DNA from: Balanoglossus misakiensis
Lineage: Eukaryota; Animalia; Hemichordata
Reading direction: 5' to 3'
Assembly (NCBI GenBank): GCA_040954595.2
Contig: CM082590.2
Coordinates: 10,442,088-10,506,087, forward strand
Length of the DNA: 64,000 bases
A program made the position numbers and the translations under genes. Numbering within the stretch: position 1 is the first letter of the stretch; every line of letters begins with the position of its first letter. Positions 52,408 to 64,000 of the stretch are shown here, in pieces. The notes under the pieces are model-generated. The model was not told where the DNA came from. It saw only the letters and a list, made by a program, of their open reading frames with translations, and searched no databases.

Positions 52408-55400
52408 CACACTCATATCAAACAGTAGCAGGAATTTTCTCCCTTTGTCCTTTATCACATGCAAATCCCTTCGCATAAACATTCACCCACTCACAGATAT
52501 ACTTGATTCCAATTGACGCCATAATCTGTGTTCTAATAAGATGGAGTCAGTCCATTTGGGTGAATGGTTTAAGCAGTATGAGGTTCTATGACCCGTTAAC
52601 AAGGACAGACCGTCCGCAATCTCAAATAATTACACCCATTGCGATGGATATTGTGAGGAATCTGTGAAAAATCGTCAGCCATGTTTTCTGATAATATGGT
52701 CGCCGAAAAAAATCGTACCGATAAACTACGTCACTAGTAAATTGTAAGAATAATTTGTTATTTTATGTGTAGTTGGTATAAACGATGACGTATGGTTTGC
52801 TTGGAGCATAGCAGTTCCAAAGTAACGATTATCTGAGCAAACAATAATTTAGTCTGCTCCACTGGGTTTTTGATAGACAGGGAGACTGAGATGAAGCGTG
52901 GAAGATTCACACACAGCTGAAGGCATACGATGGCAGTATTTTAATAGAATGTCGATGTTCAGCTGATGTTGTAATGGGACGCGGCAATGACAGGGATTAA
53001 ATTTATCAATATTTCTCCTCATTGCCGTCTACCTTTGGATATAAATATATTAGGGAAATAATGAAGATGCACCGACTGCAGTCAAACATGCAAAGTTAGC
53101 CATGCAGTAACCATCATAGTACGTTGAGATCTAGCCAATCAGCTTTTATGTGGATGGCCACACAAAAAAGCGCCACCACATGTTGTTGAGGAGAATATGC
53201 CACACCCTTTTAACTACATAAAAGCGTAGGTAGATTAGAGGGGATTGCGAGAGAGTTCTCAGCCTACCCACTTAAACATCTGTGTATTGCGTTTTAATCC
53301 AGTGTGGACCATATTGTATTTTAATTAAAAGTGCATACTTGCAATATGTTCGACTTCCTTTCGAAACAATGCTCTCTCTCCTGAAAACATACTAAAGACA
53401 GATCTAAGTTAACCAATTGCATGGTGTCACAGATTAATTATAATGGCTCTTATGTTGTTATCCAACTTCAACGCCTGTTAACATTTGCAAATGTTTGTTA
53501 AACTACAACGTGAGATGCATATTTTCGCGTGACAACAGAAAAGTCATTTCAGATCCTTGTGGCTGCCATAAGTTTTGTATGAGGAGCAGCAGAAAGTTAA
53601 AAATAGCTCAGCTTCTTGCGGACTCGTAGGACTGAGCGACGTAGGCAACAATGACAGGGCTGTCGAATTGCGCTCATCCTAATGGGGGAAATGGATACCT
53701 AGGGGGGAAGAGAGCAAAAGGATGAAACATGTGACGGAACTAATAATCATGTCCTCGTGGGAACAGACATCTCACGTTGGTGTGTCTAATATATATACCA
53801 CGTCCCCTTGAGCTAGTCACTTACTCTTTGTTGAAACGGGGAGCGCTTTATTGCCTGTTCCACCTGAAGTCGTTAATTATCGAAAAGATAATGAAGTTGG
53901 GCTCATGTAGGTCTCAGCCTGTAAACTTATGAGTGTTATTGCGTGTTATTTGATTGGTTGGCACTCTGGAGGACACAAGCGATCAAGGTCATTTGGAATT
54001 GAACTTGATACTGTGGTATTTTTGTGTGAGGAGTGTGTGTTTTTTAAAACATGTAGTGACGTAAACTAAATGGTATGCCATGTTTTACAAATTTGTAAAC
54101 ACATTTAACCTTGTGAGAGACTCGAAACCAATAAACTTTACTTTTTCCTGTTTTCAGACTTTCAAGTTAGCAGGTTTAATACTAAGAACACTATACTCAC
54201 ATCGGAAACAGATGTTATTCGCATAGAAATATTTTAAATAGCTGTGAGATGTTTAAATAAAGCTTTATGCCAATTCTGATCGTTTTAGTCTGCTGAAATT
54301 TACGAGTAAAGGACTAAACCTCTCTCTCTGGTTTGGGAATTTATTGGGAAAGTTCGAGAGGGGGTATGCATCATTTGTCGTGCTCAACACGTGCCTGATT
54401 TATACACAAAAGTCTCGGGAAATATGTAAGAGATGTTTTGATTTACACATATGTAGTAGCTTGAGCAGTTTAGAGGTGAAACCAGTTCTATTTGTATCCA
54501 GAGATAGCCGCTGTATATTAGAGAAGAAATATAATCTCGGAGGTCACCTTGAAATTTGACTGTTGTCCTTAGTATATCTCAAACTTATACTAGCACAGAT
54601 TTAGGCCAATAGACTGGGAGAGTTCTTGTTCAACGATCGCGATAAAATAGTGCCGTCAAATCGTAATTTATTGAAACGTGCTGAACCAAAGTTTTAAACA
54701 CAGGGCTTGGGTTACAGAGGTTCGCATCATGTAACAACTTCTAAAAGGAGTAAACCTTTTATCTTTGAGGAGACGTGTTTTAAACACATTAAAGTGGCAC
54801 ACAAGTTCACTGTTTGTTAATAAGAAACTTAAAGAGAGGCACGTTGTCAACATGAAAAAGTGTTAAAATAGTTGTGGTTACTGAAGGCCACTGCAGCATG
54901 CTTGTTTATTCAAGAGCTGATTAGTATAACAAAGAATGTTTATATGTTGTGGAAATGAATACAGCTCAATAGCTGAAAGTTAAACCTTAAATGTTTATTT
55001 TATTTTCCTGTTATTCCTGGCACCAAAGAGACACAAATTCTTATCCAAACTGTCTATCTTAAACTTGTGGTTACTTGGTCGTACACATGTTTTTATCATT
55101 GTCTAAAGAGGATGGAATTTCTGAATTTCCAGACATAAATATATGTACTGTACGATTGTCAATCATGTTTTTTTTTCTGGTCGGAGTATTTTTAAACGTA
55201 TCGCAGCGGAATGTCCAGCTGTTGTGTCTCACAGAAAGCTCTTCGGCTCGTTGACAAGGGCGTCAACGTTTTCCATCAGTTGCCTGTGCCTTACGGCAGA
55301 CTTTGCACGATCGCCCACATTGCAAGGGTTCAGTGTACAGGCCTACAGTACAGTCGCCGACCAAATAAACAGATAATGATAGCGTAAACTTTTTCAGTAG

Positions 55401-56406
55401 TAGTTTTTCACGAACACTGGTGAGATTTAACTGTAAGAGATCTCACACTTCTAGGCGGAACTATGCTGAGATGAAATCTCTCAACTCCTACGTACCCAGT
55501 ACTTATTAACAAGTCTCATTATTGCTGAAAAATAGAGACCAAAGGATCTCAGTAAAGCCGATCTAACATGAATGTACCGAAACGCCCGGAAATCAGTCAA
55601 GTGAGAATATTCTTCGAGGGAAAAAAACATTCTGGCAAATTTCCGTAATTTTTTTTTGGTAAAAATACATCTGTGAAAGGGACTGTGCAAGTCTTTGAGT
55701 GTTTTTCAATATGACGTAAGTAACTGCAAAGAAAATGTGCAGCGTACGCATGATTCGCAGTTATATCACACTTTTTATTGCCAGTGCTGAAATTGGTTCC
55801 GTTTGCTCGATATCTTTCGATGGATGTAACGCCGGCGTAGATAATTTCTTTCTCGAACAAAATGATTCCAGCATCTTCCCTAAAGGACACGTTCCATTAC
55901 ACGTTGCCTGATAAATGGTTGTAAATCGTTATGTTTAATGTGTTCATAAGTGTGCGAAAAGCAATACGCCACAGCTAGTTTGACAACTTCATTAACCGGA
56001 CGTTCTCCCTCAAGACATCTTGTCATACATTGAGTCAATAAAATTAAATTTGAAATTGGTTGGCAATAGAGGCATTGTCAAACCTAACCACACATACAGG
56101 TATTTTTTTTACAGAGGTAATGTGAATTTTAACGACCTTAATGTTCGTTGTGTGTTTAGATTTAAATGCAGTTTCTGAAATAGATGCACATCTGGTCCCT
56201 AGTGTGTTCAATTGAATGGCACGGTTGGACGAAACCGATCCAAAAGATTTAGATTTTATTTGCGTATTATGTTGTGTGGTCTGCACTGGGAATCTCAAAA
56301 GACCATGGTATCTGATGACATTTGATAATTTTGAAGCTGTATTTACGAGACCACACTAGAACTGTAAAGTACTCATACGTAATAACGAAAACCTTCGTCT
56401 ACCCAA

Positions 56407-56420
56407 GTTGCTATGGCAAC
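56407..56420. promoter_or_regulatory. Near-perfect RFX X-box
   Basis: GTTGCTATGGCAAC is one mismatch from the palindrome GTTGCCATGGCAAC. Confidence 0.5.
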
Positions 56421-56949
56421 CTGCATATACATGTTTACCGATCATGTTAAGGCTAGATTTCCTACCAGAAGATAATATATTTAATGTCAGATGTAAAGGC
56501 ACCCTTCAAACTCCGAGAAGCAGAGCTGAATCTTGGCGAAGATGTCTGCTGTTTGAGTGTCTTCTTGTCGAAAGAAACGCTTGAATATTTCGCAGTGCGC
56601 AATCACCTAGAGCTGTAAACTGCACCTTCAGTGTTAGTAACCACGTTTGCACGGTGCTGAGATAGTATTTAAAAAATGATGTGGGGCTCATCGTCGGCTC
56701 TCGATAACAGTAAGGAGCTTGCGAGGTTTAAGGCTTTCTCCAAAATGACATGGCGCTGTCTTCTTATCAGCACGTAAGGAGCCAGAGGGAATCATGTGTA
56801 GAGATATGAGAGCCCGGTGTTTATTGATGGCATTATGTCATTGGAAGAAGAGTTGGGGACAAGAGGGGGTGGGGGAGAGGGGAGATTAGCGATTTCTGCT
56901 CCGTGTATGTTGCTATCCCCCTAATTGATAAATTGGGTGAATACGTGAT

Positions 56950-57035
56950 TGGTCAGTTGGTTGGGTGGGTGGGTGGGTGATTGGGTCAGTCAGTCGGTCA
57001 GTCAGTAAATGAGTGAGTGAGTGAGTGAGTGAGTG
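56950..57035. repeat. Compound (GGGT)/(CAGT)/(GAGT) tetranucleotide repeat
   Basis: Directly visible. Confidence 0.85.
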
Positions 57036-60000
57036 AAATCAAACTATAGGAAATCACACATTGACATTATAGATAGTTTATTATCATCTTTGTCGATGTG
57101 AGTGAATTACGACGTAGCTTAAATTTTCTGTTGAAGCTTAACTGTTGCCTATTTATAAACCAAGTGCCCTTTGTGAGACACTTACCTTTAGCCTCAAGTA
57201 ATTCACATGGAATATTGATATTGAATTAAATATGAGATTTAGAATGCCAAAGTATGTGGTATCCTGTTCAGCAAATATCAAATATGCACATAGAAATACG
57301 CTTGTCCGATGTTCAATTGTGACAGAAATGGTTCCAATTATAGCGATGAAAAGAAGTAATTTCACATCGCTTCTGGTGATTAATTAACCGTTAAAGGGAT
57401 TATGCTAACTATTTGCGATATCAAAGCGAAATGTATAAGCAGGACGCTTCAACATTGATGGCATATATCATTACTATCATTACTTGGCGCAAACATTTAT
57501 ATAATAGCCAGCGGGTCTTGCTTTGTACTTGCCTTTTATTCAGGCGGCAAAACCATAAGAATTCAGTTTCACTATCGATACAGTACGTGGTTTGCTTGTT
57601 CGGTAATTAGACTCCTCCAGGCATCTTGTTATCTAATAAGTATATCATTCTATGATCTACTGGCTGTCGCGATTCTAATTTCGCACTGCCTACTTTGTGA
57701 GTAAAGGCAGAGACAAGAAGACTGGGTTTTCTTTTCAAAAATTGATATATTCATATTTCCAGCAAGCAAGTGAATATCACATATGTTGTGTGATAATAAA
57801 ACCTTGTTATCCGTGCTTTGTTCTGTCGCAGATCACTCGGAATATTAAGATTTCCTGATCGCTTTGAAGTTTACCGACAGTTAACAACACAGGCGATGTA
57901 TTTTTATAGCGAACGTCAGGTGACACGCCTAGATTAATGAAGATATATCAGAACATTGAACATGTTAGCCTTAGTTTTCATCACTGCCGCCTGTTTCAAA
58001 TCAAACAGTGTGTGCAACGTCATTGGTATCGCTCAATACGTGATCTGAATACGTGCCGACAGGCATGCATGGGAACGTGTTGGTAGAATTTGTCGACAGC
58101 GCTGTGATCGCCGGTAACTTCATCGGACAATTGCTCCCTGCCCCCCCGGGTGAACTGTTGAAATAAAACGTGCCTAATGAATTCTGGTTGCTGAAGAGTT
58201 TCCCAGGCAAATGTTATCACTTCGCTTTGTTTTCTACCCCCAGAGCGCATAGTTTTGAAATTGACACAAAAATCAGGTGACAGGTTCCTATGTAAAGATA
58301 AGAATTCCTATTTTTTAACAATTTGATAACTGTTCTTTGCATTGCTAGATATGAGATGCCATGTATAGCCATCCTGTCCACTCAAATTAAAGAAATCTGA
58401 CTATTTATACTTTAATTCATCATGAAAATCTCTTCTTTATGTCTAATACAAAAAAATGGTTTGCGCGCAAAACATTATCTATATTTGTGATGCAGATGGA
58501 GAATATTAAGGAATCATGTCCAGATGGCAAATACTCAGTATTTTGGTTTTAAAATAGCATTGCCTTGCAATAGACAGCGGACCTTCACGAAACAGTAAAC
58601 TTTACATATTGAATTAACATAAACCGCTGGCATTTTTTTTATCTTGGTGTATAAACATGACTTTTGCCCAACGAGAAACTGTTGAATCCATGGCAATAGA
58701 TTTTGCTGTAAATGCGCTGGAGGCTGGAAATTTATCTTGTGAAAGCCTGGTCGCGATTCAGTTGTTTGTGTTTAAGATCCCACAGGGCGATTTGGTACAT
58801 TTAATGAATTACTGCTTTTATAGAATTGAAGAGCACGCATTTAGTATAATATTCCACTTAAATTTTGATCACATATAAAACATAAAATGAGCATTTTGCG
58901 ATTTGCAAAGCAAAGTCTATCATCATTAGCCTTATTTTCCCCAGCAGGTGTCTGAAATATTAAAAACGAAAAATTATCTCCATAGACATGAATAATTTGC
59001 AGATCTGGTAAGGTGAAAGTACCAAAACTATGTTGGGCGAGCTATCCCAGCTAATGAATACTGGCAGAGTTTTATTGTGTAATAACATATTTCCCTTTCA
59101 CTGGAGAATATTTAACAAGAATTAATAAAGACTATTGTACAGTCATTATTTCAATTAACTCATTTGATTAGCCAGTCTAATTAGCACATCAATGTATTGA
59201 TATAAATTGACAGTTAAAATATCAGAGACCACAGCTATCATTGTCAACGAGGTTCTTCCCTGCATATTGTCCAAGGATAAAACTCCAACATTATGAATCA
59301 TTTTGAAAGACTGCGATATATGTGTTCATAACGTAACAAAGCATTCTACAGTTATCAGAATCATTTGAAAGTGATGGTGTATTGGTATGTAATGCTGATC
59401 GCCCAGTACTTTTGCGATATATTTTCTGTACATGCGATGTTGAAGGATGCACAATACGTTCAGATATGTACAGTCATGTTGATTGATTTGTTTTAGGAAT
59501 TTCACTTGAGGGTGAGAGTTGTACTGGTTAAAACTGACAGATGTTTAAAACGTTTGTTCGCCTGAAGATGGATCGTTACACCTAAGCAACGGATGTTTTC
59601 TGACAAATGATCGACGGTAGACATAAACTCATATTTAATGCCGGGAAATGCAATGTGTTCCAAGTCAGAATATCCTGTTGTCAATTCATGGTGTGCGTCC
59701 GTTGTTGGAATAGGATCATTCCCCTGATGTTTAGAGCAGATTTGGAAATATATAGGGGTCACACTCTAGGAACCTGAAGTGTCTTAGATCAAATACTGGC
59801 GTAAATTGTTATGTGTGAACGTTTTTTTGCCATCCCATGATTTTGCACCTAACTTCTACCTGGCTCTCGAGAAGGCCATATGTTCGATGTGTCTGATGAA
59901 AGTCTCTGTCTAAACCCTCTAACTCACTGTCTTTTTTATGCGACGCTGAGTTGAGTTCTCTTGCTGTCAACGTCGCCCATCTGTTTTGTGACTGTCTGTC

Positions 60001-60129
60001 GTTGGGTCCATTGGCCTGTGCTTTGGTGGGTGTATTTTATACGGTCTGTGTGTAATGGTATACAAGTCGTTTCCTCATGTGATGCACGCTATGCGGCGTT
60101 GACTAGAAAGTCAAGTGTCAGCACCAAAA

Positions 60130-60298
60130 CGTGCTGATACCGCCACCGGTGGGAGGAATGCATAGCAACGGTTGCCAGGCAGTGTGGTATAACGGTGATG
60201 AGTGACGTTTGACGCGGAGACTGTATTTAAAGCGTATATCACCACTGAGCCGCTGTAGTGTACTAGTCGAGAGATTACGAACAGACAGATCCGTAAGC
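60130..60298 (+). promoter_or_regulatory. Candidate Pol II core promoter with a short first exon
   Basis: CpG-richer patch with RFX half-sites (TAGCAAC, GTTGCC), two TGACG half-CREs, TATTTAAA at 60224-60231 and a donor-like CC|GTAAGC at 60293. Confidence 0.25.
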
Positions 60299-60942
60299 TT
60301 TGATTGACAGGTCACAGCGCCACATGGCGTCAAACCGGCGCTTGCGAAAAAAGCTAGCTTATCATTTGCCGAGGAATTTCTCTCTCAGTGGACAGGTTTG
60401 TTTTTTGTGCGTGTGTTCATTGACGATACCTAATATCGTCATTTATTTAAGATCTGTGAGTTCTTGCAATCCGAACTGCAGTCTGCCCACTAGGAGCATT
60501 TTCATGTCTGTGAATAATACTCTGTTATCTCGAGGGCTGTTACATATTTCCACCACTGATTTTTGTTTTTGTAGAAGTGAAACGCATATGGATGCAATAT
60601 CTCATGGGCGAAATCCTCTGTTTTGTTTCAGGTAGGAGTGAAAAACGAAGGTACATTTTTACGGTATTCTCGGACTTATGGGTCATCGTCTCCAGTTGTA
60701 GTGACTGACTGGACATACTGGTACATCTCTGTCTCTTGCTGAGGTTAGTTTTTCATCTCTCATTCTCACATGCACATCCCCCCTCCCCTCCCCTCCCCTT
60801 GCTTTGCACACACATTTACACACATATACATAGAACTGCATGCTTACCGGCATGTAGTGATTCCTGCCTGGCTATCAACGAGGATCATATGCGGCATGCA
60901 AGATTAACTACTTCAAATCACAGTGGTGTGATTAGGTAAGGA

Positions 60943-61108
60943 CTGTAAAACGGGTTATTTTCGCGACAGGAAATTTTCACGATTTCAAAAGTGCCAACTG
61001 TTACGCGATGTTTAATTGTCGCGTTTTCGTATTTCACTAATTGCATTTGTTTGTGCACTCACGTATTTCGCGAAAGTTTATTGCTCGCGAAAATAACCTG
61101 TTTAACAG
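60943..61108. mobile_element. MITE family A copy 3 (internally shorter)
   Basis: GA|CTGTAAAACGGGTTATTTTCGCGA ... TCGCGAAAATAACCTGTTTAACAG|TA. 166 bp versus ~200 bp for the other copies. Confidence 0.85.
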
Positions 61109-64000
61109 TATACAGAACACAGAATTGTTTTTTCTGGTGTGATTCCGATCGTGGAAGTGGGGTGGGGTGTCCTAAGTAAACAACCGTAATTACAATACAC
61201 ATAGTACCAGTATGGTACGTGTTATGTGCATAATCATTTAGTCCACGACACATGGGACGTGCTAGTTGTAAAACTAATAGTATTCGCTGTGAGATTACAT
61301 CCTAAATCCGTTGTGTACTTTCGTAATCCGTTTTGTGTGAAAATACACAATTGGCTTGAAAATATTCACTCGCTCAAAAGCAGGTATGTCGTAAATAGTG
61401 TTGGTGAGATATTTACAGTGAATAGTAACGTGGAATTGATGCGCGCATACCAATGCTCTGTGAACTTGATATAGCCAATCGTTGCCGTGGTGATTGGTTT
61501 TGTGGAGGTTTTTGCCCGGCGGTATCTACACTATGTCGTTAAATCCATGTATAGTGTAATCCATTTTAAAGACCATGAAAAAAGTCAGAGGGGTCAGTTT
61601 TTTATAGGAAAATAGGAATTTTGAATGTAAAACCCACGCGAACCTCGCAAGATACGTGAAAGCCTGAATTCCTAACACATGTTTAATTCAAAAACATATT
61701 TCAGTTGTCTCCTTTTTCAAAGTCAACAGACGACACCATTTTGTATTTGTGGAGCTTCTAATAATGTGCATATACCTCGATAGTCTTGTACTAGTTCTTG
61801 CAATGGGCAGCTGAATGAATGGGTTCCTCTTCCGTTTATTATTCAACTTGTAGATAGATGTACAATCACAATCCGAGGTTGATAATATGTTTGTATGTAG
61901 CCACCAGTTAGCTCGTTTAACAGACTTTTCCATGTTTGGAGTAAAATCATGAAAATAGTGGCAGCTTTTGGGGCTTGAAGGAAACGACTAAAAAAATCGC
62001 TACACTTGTTGCTGGCAAAGTAAGGCAACCCTTCTTTGTTTTATGAAACAAGTCACGGAAACGAGCGATTTACCAGTAATGCCATTGATACTAGGTCTGG
62101 TCATTAATGTAGCTTTGAAAATTAAGTATAAGCCGGTCGTTGTAATTTTGATCCGTGGTAATTGTTTTTAACCGTTATCCAATAATCCAATGGGGTAGTC
62201 GGAGATTAAATTTTACTGGGGTATAACTGCTAGGCCATGAAATCATCTTGGAGCTTGCATATTGAATGAGCCATAAAAATCTCATACAGTGCTTCATTCT
62301 TAGACAAGAATCTGAGCCATTAATTCAAAAAAGAAAGCAAGGAATAGAAAGTAAGGTTGTGCACGACAGAATTTCAGAAAAACCACCATTCTCCAAACAT
62401 TTCAATTCAAGTTATCAAAATATGAGAAAATGTTTAAGACATTGATTATAGCAGCATGTACAACATTAGCGCAACATGACTTGACATGTCACAAAAAGAA
62501 ATATACTTGCTCATTGTAGGTAACATAATGTGTGTTATACATTGATATGTTTTATATCATTGTTATAGTCGCGCAAAATTCAATGCATTGCTAGGAATGG
62601 AGGTTGTTGAACTCCCCAAGGATGGAAATCAACCTTCAAACTTTTTCCCCAGAAAAGCTGAAAATCTTCGAAGCTTCATGAGCAGTTCATTCATGTTTAT
62701 TGTGGGTTTATCTTTTAATTCTGCTTTGCGTCTCCATCCATTGATCCATCCACGAACTCATCTATACAGCTTGTCTTCTTATACCTGACTTAACCCACAA
62801 GGTCATCGGACCTCTTTATAGAATAAAAGTTCTTTGTTAGCTTATCAGTTTCCAATACTTCTATTTCGTCCACTAGAAAGGTCAATTAAAATATGAAGGT
62901 TAGAATTTTTCTCAGAACTAAGTTGATAGTCTAGTTGCCACTCACATTTTACAAAGGATTTCATCTGTATAATTGTGGCCAACTTCTCTAAAAGCCTATA
63001 GACACGTTTGATAATTAGGTTTGTTAATAATCTATGGAAATGAGCAGCTGAGGCAATCGGTGATACTTCGACAAGTTAGGGAGTCTTGAAATTCTTGATT
63101 TTCATGATCACGTTAACACAGCCACAAGAAGCGTTTGTATACTTGCGTTTGTAAACCATTTGTCTTGCAATTGATGCGACCTGGAATGCGAAAATTAAAG
63201 CACAGTCTTTGCGGTGTGACCCACACTTCTGCCCTTCTGACACTTGACTCCAACATTCTTGAAAACATTGCATTTCTTTGCATCTTTCAAAGCATACCCG
63301 CGATATCGCCCCAAGTATCACCATCACGAACACATTTCTCCACTTTTCAATTTTAATGTCAGGCGTCAGTTCTGTGCTGACGGGCAAATGCTTTTAACGT
63401 CTTAAGTACTCCAAGACGAAGGCAATATGCTCAGTATTGAACATGGAACTGTTGTTATGTACAAAGACCTGTGTTTCCAATATTCAACAACATTTTAAAG
63501 TAATAATACAAGACAGAAGTCAAACCCCAAGTATCACATAGTTCTCGGCTATATAGAACTGAATATTTCAGGCGTCTACTACGTACTGTTTCTTACTAGT
63601 GCTAGTACCTAACTACATCCTTTTGCATTTACCTCAGGATATGTGATTTGAATTCTAATATATGCCATTTTGAGGGAGGGAGGTTTCTCACATTGTTCCT
63701 TTGCATTTCACTCTAATATTGTTGATTGTAACTGAATGATTGTTACAGTGCTGTGGTAAATGCATATAGATTCATAGTAATCTTACGATATCTACATTTT
63801 CTACACAATCAAGTTAATAATGTCCACCATCTGTGGCCACCTGTGGAATCAAAAAGTTGTGAATTGCGCCATAAAGTTTCTTCCTCTGCTTACAACAGTC
63901 ATAGCATACTCCGTCACATATGTCAGACGTTTTCACTGCACAATTTGATTGATCAGGGATAAAATAAATATATGTATAAAATCGGCTCTGAATGCAAGGT

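Noticed and set aside
58001-58250. GC-richer block with two overlapping minus-strand ORFs after an acceptor-like site
   Set aside because: Frame and strand are ambiguous and there is no identifiable product.
59502-59762. 'IRCLGVTI' resembling the LINE reverse-transcriptase KYLGV motif
   Set aside because: A single short match with no YADD or other RT motifs nearby.

Overview
This is an AT-rich eukaryotic window, not a prokaryotic one. It has spliceosomal GT-AG introns, many microsatellites and non-autonomous DNA transposons. The style suggests a marine invertebrate, possibly a deuterostome (inference only). Only one protein-coding unit is strongly supported. It is the 3' part of an apparently intact, intron-containing Academ (AcademX-type) DNA transposon at 1-5020. 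Four phase-compatible exons (<1-126, 326-511, 1216-1301, 1470-4424) give at least 1116 aa: a DDE-like transposase region, an XPG/FEN-type nuclease and a Cys-rich CXC-like tail. A probable right terminus (...CCACAGACTA) lies at 5020. The remaining ~59 kb looks intronic or intergenic. It holds three copies of a TA-flanked MITE, two copies of a TTAA-flanked Kolobok-like MITE, a 1.3-kb non-autonomous Helentron-like element, a tandemly duplicated MITE-plus-flank unit, a double-hairpin Crypton-like end, two long (CAT)n arrays and several RFX X-box-like palindromes. There are also a few weak candidate exons and promoters. Nearly all short ORFs in the track look spurious. I found no rRNA, tRNA or CRISPR array, and nothing I can defend as a wholly new system. 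The transposase-nuclease fusion is a known but mechanistically unexplained architecture and is the best lead.
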